Below are positions 49,528-58,899 of a DNA stretch of 64,000 nt, in pieces (positions within the stretch are counted from its first letter, which is position 1; each line of letters starts with the position of its first letter). Both the position numbers and the translations under genes were made by a program. Location of the stretch: the NCBI GenBank assembly GCA_048270185.1, contig JBLWTJ010000001.1, forward strand, positions 128,001 through 192,000, read 5' to 3'. This DNA is from Bacteriovoracaceae bacterium (lineage in GTDB: Bacteria; Bdellovibrionota; Bacteriovoracia; Bacteriovoracales; Bacteriovoracaceae). The notes beneath the pieces are model-generated. The model was not told the origin of the DNA. It saw only the letters and a program-made list of their open reading frames with translations, and did no database searches.

Positions 49528-50481
49528 TTCTTCAATAGTAATAACAGGACTGTGGCCAAAATCATTCTTAGCAGCATTATGTTTAAAGTAGTGAGATGTT
49601 CCCATTTGTAGGGCCACAAATCGCGTCATTGGCGGTTGGCCATCGAATTTTCCAAGCAGACGATAGAACGCTTCAAAGATTGCACCTATAATATAGACCA
49701 TTCTTAATGAGACCTTCTTTCTTAGGGGGTTAACTCCCTTTGCTTCAAGGATATCATTGATGAAGTCCCATAATTTGACCGGTCTTTCTTGGCCAATAAA
49801 GTAGGCCTTACCGCTATTCTTAGCACCAGTACGTAGCTCGTTAAATGCTTTTATATGGGCAAGGGATGCGTTTTCAACATAGTTAATATCAACTATATTC
49901 TCTCCCGTACCAATGATTTTTAGACGGCCAGATTTGGCCCGGGCCACAAGAGTAGGGATGATATTCTGATCTCTTTGGCCATATATGAGGTGTGGCCTAA
50001 TGGATGTTGTAAAGAGAGTACTATCATTAGCATTTAATACATAAGCTTCTGCTATTGATTTGGTACGTGCATAATCATTAAGAAAAACATTTGGATAAGG
50101 GAGGGATTCGTCTCCGTCACAGATCTCTTCCTTTCCAAAAACGACACTTGGGGTACTAGTGTAGATGAGATACTTGATGCCAGCTTTTCTCACTTGATCA
50201 ACTATATTCCTCGTTCCTAGAATATTGATATCCTCGAAGTCTTTTTTGCGTCCCCACATTCCGACTTTGCCGGCCACATGAAATACAGCTTCAATACCTT
50301 CAAGTGCACCAGCTACGTCACTAGCAATTGTTAAGTTACCTCGGCGTGTTTCAATACCAAGCTCTTTTACTTCATCTGTTTCTGAGCGAGAAAAATTGAC
50401 CACTTCATGGCCTTCTTCTAAAAGATCTTTAGCTATATGATATCCAAGAAAACCTGTTGCTCCTGTAACTAGTATTTTCAT
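49504..50481 (-). CDS. oleD: 2-alkyl-3-oxoalkanoate reductase OleD (3-beta-HSD-like SDR)
   Basis: GATGFLG, TSTPSVV, YARTK, RPHLIYG; cluster position. Confidence 0.85.
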   Translation of the reverse strand: MKILVTGATGFLGYHIAKDLLEEGHEVVNFSRSETDEVKELGIETRRGNLTIASDVAGALEGIEAVFHVAGKVGMWGRKKDFEDINILGTRNIVDQVRKAGIKYLIYTSTPSVVFGKEEICDGDESLPYPNVFLNDYARTKSIAEAYVLNANDSTLFTTSIRPHLIYGQRDQNIIPTLVARAKSGRLKIIGTGENIVDINYVENASLAHIKAFNELRTGAKNSGKAYFIGQERPVKLWDFINDILEAKGVNPLRKKVSLRMVYIIGAIFEAFYRLLGKFDGQPPMTRFVALQMGTSHYFKHNAAKNDFGHSPVITIEESLHKIKD

Positions 50482-50483
50482 AT

Positions 50484-52121
50484 TTATTTAAGTTTTCCTC
50501 TTTGGGCCATTAAAGATAAGGCCTTGCGGTCAATTTTGATATTATGTCTGATATCTACTGGAAATTTTGAGCATAGATATATTTCATCTATCACCTTAGT
50601 ATGTTGGTATTGGTTGGCCATGACTTTAAGTTCTTGCTTGAATTTACTTTTATTAAAAACGGCTCCTTTAGGCTCGATTGAAATGGCCGGCCTAATACGA
50701 TTATTTCTTGTTATCCAGATAAGGGCCGATTTTCTAACAAGGGGATGTTTGTTAAAAATTGCTTCAGTTGAAATAGGGTAGTAAGTTGTGGCATGGGCCT
50801 TTACTTGATGGGCACGACGTCCATAAAACCATAGCTTACCTTCTTTATCTATTCTTCCCAGATCACCCATACGATGCCAGAAAGTATCACCATCATAGAT
50901 TTTAGCTTCACGTGTTTTGTCGTTAAGTTCATCTCCATGATAGCGGGCAGTTGCTGTCTTTGTACGAACGATAATTTCACCAACAGTTCCTATTGGAAGC
51001 TGTTTTGTATCTTTAATATCAGCAATTACACCATCAACATCTTTTATAATGCGAATCTCAACACCAGGACAAGGAAGGCCAATACAAGTTCCCGCACCTT
51101 GTGATGTTTCAAATTGAGTATTAGTTAAGATCTCTTTTCCGTTAAAACAGCTGACAGGAAGACACTCTGTTGCTCCATATGGAGTATAAGTATCAGCATC
51201 TTCTCTTTCGAGGTGGGCGATAAGCTTTTCATGCACTTCGTTTCTTACAGGGGCCCCGAACATAACGATATATTTAACAGTCTTTAATGTTTCATTATTC
51301 TTTGCTAGATAATTTCCAACTCTCTCCCAAATGGCAGGTGAGCCTGCTACAAAAGTTGCACCATTATCATTGATATTTTTAATTAATGATTTAGGGTCGC
51401 ATTTTGCTGGTTTACTTGGGTTCATATCCGGGATGACACTTGTCATACCCATGGACATTGTAAAGAATGAAAAAAGAGGGAATCCAGGCACGTCTATATC
51501 TTCTGAAGTCAAACCAAAGAGTTCCTGCAAAGTATCAGTTTGTGTATTAAAGATTTCATGAGTGTATTCAACACCTTTTGGTCTACCTGTTCCACCAGAA
51601 GTGAAGAGGATGGCCGCTAGGTCACTAGGCTCAACCTTTTGTGTTTCAAAAGGCATTTGCTCTTTTTCTTTTAGGGATTTAATTGTCGTAAGGCTTGGGA
51701 AGATCTTGGCCTCAGTCGTAAAGTACTTCTTAATAGATTTAAAACTATCTTTTTTAAACTGTCTTAAAATATGAACAACGTTAACTGCAATGAGATAATC
51801 AGGTGCAGCGTCTTTAATGGCCTTAAATAAGTTCTTAAGTCCCATTCCTGGATCAATTAGAATTGGAATGGCCCCAATTTTAAATAGAGCGAATGTTAGA
51901 GCAGGGAAGTCAAAAGAAGGTCTGACAAAGAGTAATACTTTATCACCTTTAGTTATTCCCTCTTCAACTAGCTTTGCTCCATAGTGAGAGCTAAGATCGT
52001 TAAACTCTTTGAAAGTGAGAGTGTCGTAACGATAGCCACTTCCTTTTCTAATCGGAAATTTTAAGCAAATTTTATCAGGAGTTTTGGTTGCCCAATTCTC
52101 TATTCTATGCGCGATATTCAT
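50484..52121 (-). CDS. oleC: OleC beta-lactone synthetase (AMP-dependent ligase family)
   Basis: LIDPGMG, FTSGGTGRPKG, TPYGATE, WHRMGD, FPVDIRHNIKIDR. Confidence 0.88.
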   Translation of the reverse strand: MNIAHRIENWATKTPDKICLKFPIRKGSGYRYDTLTFKEFNDLSSHYGAKLVEEGITKGDKVLLFVRPSFDFPALTFALFKIGAIPILIDPGMGLKNLFKAIKDAAPDYLIAVNVVHILRQFKKDSFKSIKKYFTTEAKIFPSLTTIKSLKEKEQMPFETQKVEPSDLAAILFTSGGTGRPKGVEYTHEIFNTQTDTLQELFGLTSEDIDVPGFPLFSFFTMSMGMTSVIPDMNPSKPAKCDPKSLIKNINDNGATFVAGSPAIWERVGNYLAKNNETLKTVKYIVMFGAPVRNEVHEKLIAHLEREDADTYTPYGATECLPVSCFNGKEILTNTQFETSQGAGTCIGLPCPGVEIRIIKDVDGVIADIKDTKQLPIGTVGEIIVRTKTATARYHGDELNDKTREAKIYDGDTFWHRMGDLGRIDKEGKLWFYGRRAHQVKAHATTYYPISTEAIFNKHPLVRKSALIWITRNNRIRPAISIEPKGAVFNKSKFKQELKVMANQYQHTKVIDEIYLCSKFPVDIRHNIKIDRKALSLMAQRGKLK

Positions 52122-52989
52122 TTAAGAAACCTTTGATTTCCTTTATACAATTTTCTTTTTCGTCTTCGATGACGTAGTGACCGGCGTTCTCATAAACGAC
52201 AACCTTATCTTCTGGAAAGATTTCACGCCAACGAGCTAAGAAGTCCATGTTAAAACAGAAGTCTTTTGCTCCCCATAGAAATATCTTCGGACAAGAAAGA
52301 CTTGGTAGCTTCTCTTCGATATCTTGTAATAACTCATATGTCGGATGCTTACTTGATAGAGGAATGTCTTTTACAAATCTTGCTGTCGCAATGCGATTCT
52401 TATAATTATTATAAGGATGAAGGTAGCCTTCTTTAACATGCTTTTTTAATGGTGTTGTTGTTGTCATAAAAGTTGCAGGCCAAGCAAATGCATTAAAGGC
52501 CCTAACCATTGGCTCGCCAATAACTGGTAGCTTACAAAGAGCAATTCTCTTTGGGATGTCAAGTGATCTAAATGCAGCAGTATTTAGATAAATAATTCCA
52601 GTAACATCACTAGGTCTTTGAGTGGCCACTCCCATTCCAATAGCGCCACCCCAGTCATGAACAAGTAGTTTAAATTTTGAAATTTCTAAGTGCTTGAGTA
52701 AGGCAAGAACATTTGAAACGTGTTTTTCGAGTGTATAGGCATAGTCTTGTGGTTTATCTGAAAGTCCACAACCAATATGATCTGGCACAATACAACGATG
52801 AGTTGAACTCAAGGATTTGACAATATTGCGGTAGTAGAAAGACCATGTTGGGTTACCATGAAGCATAATAATGACTTCATCATCTTTACTACCTTCATCC
52901 AGATAGTGGTAACGATTACCTTCAATTTCAATAATATTGCTAGCAAACGGATATTCGCTTTGCCATGTTTGTGTTGTATTCATTACCAA
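52105..52989 (-). CDS. oleB: OleB beta-lactone decarboxylase (haloalkane dehalogenase-like hydrolase)
   Basis: HGNPTWSFYYR, HDWGGAIG, NTAAF, AGHYVIED; lies between oleA and oleC; exact ATG uncertain (52989 or 52983). Confidence 0.87.
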   Translation of the reverse strand: MVMNTTQTWQSEYPFASNIIEIEGNRYHYLDEGSKDDEVIIMLHGNPTWSFYYRNIVKSLSSTHRCIVPDHIGCGLSDKPQDYAYTLEKHVSNVLALLKHLEISKFKLLVHDWGGAIGMGVATQRPSDVTGIIYLNTAAFRSLDIPKRIALCKLPVIGEPMVRAFNAFAWPATFMTTTTPLKKHVKEGYLHPYNNYKNRIATARFVKDIPLSSKHPTYELLQDIEEKLPSLSCPKIFLWGAKDFCFNMDFLARWREIFPEDKVVVYENAGHYVIEDEKENCIKEIKGFLNEYRA

Positions 52990-54011
52990 GTAACTCCTAG
53001 GACGCTACAGACTAAGCCTGAGCCAATTCCTACTAAGGCGATCTTTGCGCCTTTTTCAATATTCTTATGATCGTTTAATTTTGCTAGAGTAATTGGAAGT
53101 GCAGCTGAGCCTGTATTTCCCAGAGTATCAAAAGTGTCATAAGTTGTATGATTTGCAAGCCCTAATTCTCCTAAGACAATTTCCTTGTGGGCCTTTCCAA
53201 CTTGATGGCCAATGACGTAATCAATTTCTGATGCTTTTAGTTCTGAGGCATCAAAAGTCATCTTTGCAAGAGACTTTCCATACTTCAATAATTCTTCTGA
53301 ATCTGTTTCCATGACAAGTGAGTTTGGGTTTCCATCACCTTGGCATAATTTATTCGCACTTGAATCACTACGATTTGTAATTGAAGTAATTTGCGGTGCA
53401 CTCGGTGCTTCACTCTTATGTGCTAGACAGTAGGCTACACCTGCTGAGCCAATCGTTAAATTGGCAAAGTACTTCTTAACAGACTTTCTTGTAATAGAAG
53501 TATCTTCATTTAAAGTCTTTATTGTATTCTCTAAAAGAGGAGCGCTATTTTCTCCAGAAACAATAATGGCCCTTTTTATGGCCCCTGTCTCAATCATATT
53601 AGCAGCAACTTCCCATGCACTCACCATTCCAAGACATGCATTTGAGATATCAAAGAGCATGCAAGTTTGCGCAAGCTCTAGGTTAGAATGGACAACTGAA
53701 GCTGTTGAAGGTTCTAAGAAATCACGGCAAACACTAGAGTTTATAAGAAGATTTATGTCATTCTTTCTAATGCCTTTTTTTGCAAGCTTTTCGATTAACT
53801 TTTCACCGGCCATTGTTGCAATTGAGCTAGGTCTTGTTGAGTTAGGCCAGAAGCCGCGTGACTTAATTCCAGTCATAAGTTCTAGTCTTCCTTGCGGAAG
53901 TTTTAAGCGAGTATAAAGAGGAGCTAGAAGCTCTTCTAATTTTTCACTTGTTAATACTTCTGGAGGATCAATATAGGCATAGTCTTCGATCACGACATTT
54001 TCATACTTCAT
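52983..54011 (-). CDS. oleA: OleA thiolase-fold (KAS III-like) condensing enzyme
   Basis: RDFLEPSTA (Glu), NACLG (Cys), HQVG (His), GNTGSA (Asn), GIGSGL. Confidence 0.9.
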   Translation of the reverse strand: MKYENVVIEDYAYIDPPEVLTSEKLEELLAPLYTRLKLPQGRLELMTGIKSRGFWPNSTRPSSIATMAGEKLIEKLAKKGIRKNDINLLINSSVCRDFLEPSTASVVHSNLELAQTCMLFDISNACLGMVSAWEVAANMIETGAIKRAIIVSGENSAPLLENTIKTLNEDTSITRKSVKKYFANLTIGSAGVAYCLAHKSEAPSAPQITSITNRSDSSANKLCQGDGNPNSLVMETDSEELLKYGKSLAKMTFDASELKASEIDYVIGHQVGKAHKEIVLGELGLANHTTYDTFDTLGNTGSAALPITLAKLNDHKNIEKGAKIALVGIGSGLVCSVLGVTW

Positions 54012-54020
54012 ATATATTCC

Positions 54021-55409
54021 TTACTCCATCAGGCCATGTAGGTTGGCCATGGAAATCCCACTAAGCATTGAACCGATGATTCCAAGGAAGCCTTGATCCG
54101 TTCCGCAGAGGTAGAGTCCATTAACTGGAGTTCTTCCGTCTCTTAGTTTATTTGTTGAACCGTAAACACAACCTCTGAAGTGACCAGTGTACCTCTCGAT
54201 TGAATGAGGAGTGAATACATCCTTAAATTTCACATCAAGACTTAGAGTTGGATAGAGGTTTTTTAGAGTTTGTAATGACTGCTCATAGACTAGTTCTTTC
54301 TGTGCTAGATAGGCCTTGCGGTCTGAGTTAACAAGCTCTTTCCACTTTTCATAATTGGCCATATAAGTGAGTCGTATAAGACCTTCATTATTATCATCTT
54401 GAGCAAAATTATTTGGGAAGCAAATAACTGCAGATTTACTATCGATAAAATCAGTCGGTGCACGGTAGTGATAATTTTCCCTCTCGTTATAAAAGAGAAT
54501 GGTATCATTAAGATCAAAGTCCTTTGGCCTTTCGTCAAAGCATAGAATGGTTTCGCAAAAAGTCATGGGCCCGACGTCAATCTTTTGTGCTTCCTGGCCC
54601 TGAGTAATTCTCATCGTTTCAGGATGGCCCATACTTGAGATGACCTTGTCACATTGGAGAACTTCACCATTATCTAACGTCACACTCGTGACCTTGTCAT
54701 TTATTGTATCGATTGAAGAAACACCACTTCTAAAGCGAAGCTCTCCTCCTAAGTCCTTGTACTTATCAAGAAGAAGATTGATAATTTTACGAACTCCACC
54801 ATCAGGCCTTGCAAAACCTTCAAGGTAGATACTCTTAAACATAATTACAAATTGAGAGAAATCCATATCATCTTCCCATGCTGATCCGTAAATCAGAAGA
54901 GGAGCAAAGATCATCTCAATTAGTTTTGAGTCTTTAATATATTTCTTGGCAACATCTTTTGCCATATAGGTTTCATTATTTAGTGCGACTTCGTTGAAGT
55001 CCTTGATATAGTCGACGAATTTCATGAATTCATCGATACTTGCAGGAAATTTCTCTGCGATATCACTTGTTAGCCTTTCAAAATCATTTGAAAAGGTAAG
55101 TGTTGTGTCTGGAAAGATAATCTTTGATTGTTTTTGTTCAATGAGATCTAATTCATTCCAAGGAATTCTAAGTTGCTTTAGAAGTTTAGTAAGAGGCTTT
55201 CCTCTTTCTCCACGAGTTGCATAATTTGTCAGGGCATGTAGACCGACGTCAAAATTTCTCTTTCCGCGGCGGTAGTAGGAGTTGAGCCCTCCAGATATTG
55301 AGTGCTTTTCAAGACAGACGACTTTCTTGCCAAACATTGCAAGTCTGATACTGGCCGCAAGGCCTGACATACCTGCGCCAATTACTACTACATCATATTT
55401 TTGTGTCAT
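54021..55409 (-). CDS. Phytoene desaturase (CrtI)-like FAD oxidoreductase
   Basis: VIGAGMSGL dinucleotide fold, FDVGLH, TP....RYT....G..YG, LYLCG..QG. Confidence 0.85.
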   Translation of the reverse strand: MTQKYDVVVIGAGMSGLAASIRLAMFGKKVVCLEKHSISGGLNSYYRRGKRNFDVGLHALTNYATRGERGKPLTKLLKQLRIPWNELDLIEQKQSKIIFPDTTLTFSNDFERLTSDIAEKFPASIDEFMKFVDYIKDFNEVALNNETYMAKDVAKKYIKDSKLIEMIFAPLLIYGSAWEDDMDFSQFVIMFKSIYLEGFARPDGGVRKIINLLLDKYKDLGGELRFRSGVSSIDTINDKVTSVTLDNGEVLQCDKVISSMGHPETMRITQGQEAQKIDVGPMTFCETILCFDERPKDFDLNDTILFYNERENYHYRAPTDFIDSKSAVICFPNNFAQDDNNEGLIRLTYMANYEKWKELVNSDRKAYLAQKELVYEQSLQTLKNLYPTLSLDVKFKDVFTPHSIERYTGHFRGCVYGSTNKLRDGRTPVNGLYLCGTDQGFLGIIGSMLSGISMANLHGLME

Positions 55410-55431
55410 AGATTTTTCTTTTTTTCTTAAG

Positions 55432-55456
55432 TCAAAATAAGGCCACCGAAGTGGCC
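55432..55456 (-). terminator. Intra-operon hairpin after ACP
   Basis: GGCCAC-N4-GTGGCC (55441-55456) followed by TTATTTT on the minus strand. Confidence 0.5.
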
Positions 55457-55465
55457 GTATTTAAT

Positions 55466-55711
55466 CTACTGAAACTTTGGTGTTAAGTAAGTTACACAAC
55501 TTTCCATTGAAGCTAGTTGTGGGTAGTCTTCTTGAGGAACTTCAATTGAGTGTCTCTTTTTTAGTTCCATAACGATATCAAGGAAGTCCATTGAATCGAG
55601 GTCTAGTTGGTCTCTTAGTGGAGTAGCATCATCAATTGATGTTACATCGTCATCAACAGCGATATCTGCGATAATGTCTACTACATGTTGTCTTACTTCT
55701 TGAGGTGTCAT
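55466..55711 (-). CDS. Acyl carrier protein
   Basis: 81 aa, acidic, LDLDSMDFLDIV phosphopantetheine Ser motif. Confidence 0.93.
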   Translation of the reverse strand: MTPQEVRQHVVDIIADIAVDDDVTSIDDATPLRDQLDLDSMDFLDIVMELKKRHSIEVPQEDYPQLASMESCVTYLTPKFQ

Positions 55712-55720
55712 AATTTCTCC

Positions 55721-56956
55721 TTATACGTATTTCTTTAGAATTAGCGTTGAATTAATTCCTAGCATTCCAAATGAGTTATTTAATATGTAATTTACTTCTT
55801 TCTTAAGTGGTACATCGAGAACCAACTGATCCATCGCGCACTCTGGATCAATTTCATCGATCTTATGGCATGGGTGTACTAGTCCATCTTCAAAGCTTGG
55901 AAGGTTTCCAGCTAGCTCGAGTGCTCCAGCAGCTCCCATGGCATGACCAATAAGACCTTTTGTACAATTAACTGCAACTGTTGGGTTATCCTTAAAGGCT
56001 TCTTTAATTCCTGTGACTTCTTGGATATCTCCCATCTTTGTTCCAGTTGCATGTAGATTTACAATATCGATATCGTTAATTGAAATTCCTGCTTTCTTAA
56101 TTGCCGCGTGAACACACTCCATTTGTCGTTCTGGGTTAGGAAGAACGAAATCTGTTGCATCACTATTCATATGATAACCAACGATCTCACCGTATATTTT
56201 TGCATTACGTGCGAGGGCATCTTCTAATCTTTCAAGTGTATAAACACAGCCACCTTCTGAGATGACAATACCATTTCGATTATTATCTAGTGGGCGAGAA
56301 GCTCTTGTTTGATCTTCTGGGAAGTCTGCAAGGGCACCTTGTGCTTTAAATGAAACGTGGTTTCCAAATGAGTTAGCCGATTCTGATACTCCACCAGCAA
56401 GGGCGAGATCAACTTCACCAAGCTGTAGCATCTGGACTGCCTGAATTAGTCCCATATTTCCTGCGGCACAAGCTGCACCAATTGTGTAGTGAGGTCCTGT
56501 AATTCCTAGATTTAGTGAAACTTCTCCTGCAGGAGCGTTAGCAACTGTTCTTGGATTATGATGGTGAGTCCAAAGTGAATCATCTTCATTATTATTCTTA
56601 TAGAATTGAAATAATTCCTCTTCAGTTTCAACTGGCCCGTGCTCAGTAATACCTAGATAAATTCCGATGCGAGATTTATCGAGGTTAGCTAGCTCAAGCC
56701 CCGCATCATCAAGGGCTTCTTTAGAGCAGTAAACAGAGATCGCTCCAACACGTGTTCCACGCTTTCTCATTTTACCCTTTTGGTGTTTTCTTTCATCAAA
56801 GTCACATTTACCAACAGGGATTTGTCCTAGGAAGCGAACGTCTTCATAAGTAATTCCTGATTTTTGCTCAAGAAGAGCTGAGCGGTACTCTTTTAAGTTA
56901 TTACCATTTGGTGCTGTAAGGCCAACACCTGTAATCACAACGCGTGATAAATTCAT
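55721..56956 (-). CDS. fabF: Beta-ketoacyl-ACP synthase (FabF/FabB-like)
   Basis: AACAAG (Cys), HATGT..GD, KGLIGHAMGAAG, NSFGMLG.N. Confidence 0.9.
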   Translation of the reverse strand: MNLSRVVITGVGLTAPNGNNLKEYRSALLEQKSGITYEDVRFLGQIPVGKCDFDERKHQKGKMRKRGTRVGAISVYCSKEALDDAGLELANLDKSRIGIYLGITEHGPVETEEELFQFYKNNNEDDSLWTHHHNPRTVANAPAGEVSLNLGITGPHYTIGAACAAGNMGLIQAVQMLQLGEVDLALAGGVSESANSFGNHVSFKAQGALADFPEDQTRASRPLDNNRNGIVISEGGCVYTLERLEDALARNAKIYGEIVGYHMNSDATDFVLPNPERQMECVHAAIKKAGISINDIDIVNLHATGTKMGDIQEVTGIKEAFKDNPTVAVNCTKGLIGHAMGAAGALELAGNLPSFEDGLVHPCHKIDEIDPECAMDQLVLDVPLKKEVNYILNNSFGMLGINSTLILKKYV

Positions 56957-57600
56957 TTACTGACTCCATTATGTTTTTCATTTTCTATTTTGCTGACGAT
57001 ATTTAGGAATGAATTCTTAAGCCCAGACTTAAGGCCACTTTTAATGTGACTAATATCAGTGAGTGAATTCTTTAAAAGCTTTGTTACCATTGGAAATTTT
57101 TCAATGGCCATATAAGGGTTATCAAGTTCTTTGCTGATTGAGATAATAAACTCACTAAGTGAGCGTGCGAAGCGTGTTGTCGTTAGGATATTTGTAATGC
57201 GCTTTTTACGTTTGTCATCATTAATATGTTTTAGCGAATCATTTGTAATATTCTCAAATTCTTCAATGATTTCTAATTCACGCTTTTTTACAATATTAGA
57301 AACTATGTTGATGGCATCATCATTTGCTTCGTGGATCTTCATACGTTTCACACTTGGGTGATCAGTTGAGATAATCATCTTATAAGTAGCAAGAGTTTTT
57401 AAAGCACTTGAGACGGCCGGTTGTGATAGGCCTAGAATTGTCTCGATCTCATCTGAAGCTAGTGGGCGTGGAGAGTAGACTAAAAGGCCAAAGACGGCCC
57501 CTTCGATTCTCTTAAATCCCACCTTAGAAAAGAAGGCTTCATAATGAGGTAGGTACTCAAGAAGCTCTGCTTCGATAATATCAGACTTTTGGTCTTTCAT
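56953..57600 (-). CDS. GbsR/MarR-family transcriptional regulator
   Basis: GFKRIEGAVFGLL..SPRPL..DEI...LGLSQPAVSSALK.L; AAGGA RBS before ATG 57600. Confidence 0.8.
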   Translation of the reverse strand: MKDQKSDIIEAELLEYLPHYEAFFSKVGFKRIEGAVFGLLVYSPRPLASDEIETILGLSQPAVSSALKTLATYKMIISTDHPSVKRMKIHEANDDAINIVSNIVKKRELEIIEEFENITNDSLKHINDDKRKKRITNILTTTRFARSLSEFIISISKELDNPYMAIEKFPMVTKLLKNSLTDISHIKSGLKSGLKNSFLNIVSKIENEKHNGVSK

Positions 57601-57613
57601 TTTTTTATCATCC

Positions 57614-57659
57614 TTATATTTCAAATATAAAATATAAGTAATATTGGATAAGTGGTCAA
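57614..57659 (-). promoter_or_regulatory. sigma70 promoter and palindromic operator candidate of the ole operon
   Basis: Minus strand TTGACC-N17-TATATT; perfect inverted repeat TTATATTT-C-AAATATAA (57614-57630) over the predicted TSS. Confidence 0.6.
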
Positions 57660-57796
57660 TATTTTTGAACATTTAATTAGACGCGGGGCAAGGTGCGAAG
57701 TGGCTTCAAATTACCATTTTGGACGAAGTGGCACCTATATTCTTTTCAAACAGTAGCATTATGATACTATTTTTGTCGGAATTATGGGAGAAAAGT

Positions 57797-57812
57797 TGGC
57801 ACGGAACTTGAA
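57797..57812 (+). promoter_or_regulatory. sigma54-like promoter (variant -12)
   Basis: TGGCACGGAACTTGAA: perfect -24 box, GA instead of GC at -12. Confidence 0.45.
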
Positions 57813-57912
57813 CTAGTTTCACTATTCAAAAATTTAAATCAAGAAGATTTAATTTAGTCGAGACATCCATTGCGCTGCAGTGGTTTTTATTTACTGGGGG
57901 AGAGATTTTAAT

Positions 57913-58761
57913 ATGAAGAATTTAATCGTTTTAGCAGCTATCGCTACTTTATTTGTATCATGTGGACGTGGGGGATCATCATCTTCTTCTACTTATGGAA
58001 AGTACACATCACCTTATGTATCAGCTCAAGGATTTGTATCTGCGCTGAATTCTGTTGATCCAAGTTATTATGATTATAATACGCTAGAAAAAGACGAGTA
58101 TGATTCTTTAAGAGAGGGATTCTTTGTTTACTACGATGCAAAGTATGATGAGTTTGTAGGAGTTGATCTTACTTATCTTAGAACTCTTGCTTATTGGGAT
58201 TACTACTCAAATAATCAGGGACTAGCTGATGAGTTCCGTGATGTTCAAGCAGATGATGCTTGGTACTATGATGGTCTAATCGGTGATGGTTGGGGTGAAG
58301 ATTATGAAATCGTTGATTTTACTGGATCATACGATATCAATGGTAACCCTATCTTTGTTGGATTTGACTCTGATATGCTTTACGAAGACGAAGAGCAAAC
58401 AATGGATACAGGTCTAATGGCCGCAGACGATAGCCAACTTGAAATGTTTAATAAAGCATCTCTTTACTCACAAGCATTCAAACTACCTGCTGATAAGGCC
58501 CTATCTCTAGTAACAATGGAGAAGGAAATGGTAAGAATGCTTGAAAATGCACAAAATGGTGAATTACAAGCACAAGATGCTGAAGCAATCGCTAATAATA
58601 TCAAGCACTTTACAGGTAAGTCAGTTGATGAATTCATGGCAGCTAAGGAAGATCTTAATGCTCGTGAAAAGATCATTGATGATGTAGCTGCTCACCTAGG
58701 GACAACAACTCAAAATATTGAAGATGTTATCCTTCCAGAGCTTCTATCAATCGAAATCTAA
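57913..58761 (+). CDS. Acidic Tyr/Asp-rich lipoprotein
   Basis: GGGGGAG RBS, MKNLIVLAAIATLFVSC lipobox, Gly/Ser linker. Confidence 0.8.
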   Translation: MKNLIVLAAIATLFVSCGRGGSSSSSTYGKYTSPYVSAQGFVSALNSVDPSYYDYNTLEKDEYDSLREGFFVYYDAKYDEFVGVDLTYLRTLAYWDYYSNNQGLADEFRDVQADDAWYYDGLIGDGWGEDYEIVDFTGSYDINGNPIFVGFDSDMLYEDEEQTMDTGLMAADDSQLEMFNKASLYSQAFKLPADKALSLVTMEKEMVRMLENAQNGELQAQDAEAIANNIKHFTGKSVDEFMAAKEDLNAREKIIDDVAAHLGTTTQNIEDVILPELLSIEI

Positions 58762-58792
58762 GTATCTAATAATACTTCAAATACCACACATT

Positions 58793-58818
58793 AAGAGGGC
58801 CTGAATGGGCCCTTTTTT
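58793..58818 (+). terminator. Rho-independent terminator
   Basis: AGGGCCT-GAA-TGGGCCCT plus T run. Confidence 0.8.
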
Positions 58819-58899
58819 ATTTGTGTATAAAGTGAACACTACGTGAATAACTTTCAAAAAGCCCCATGTGTTCATCAATTATTGCTATTTTGTCTAATA

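Noticed and set aside
52105..52989. Haloalkane dehalogenase call
   Set aside because: Same fold, but the position between oleA and oleC indicates OleB
54021..55409. Carotenoid biosynthesis
   Set aside because: No phytoene synthase or GGPP synthase nearby; the context is acyl-ACP chemistry
57016..57045. KSGLKSGLK short duplication in the regulator tail
   Set aside because: Two imperfect units only; no evidence of function
58833..58874. TGAACAC/GTGTTCA inverted repeat upstream of the large secreted gene
   Set aside because: Only 7 bp with a long spacer; could be chance
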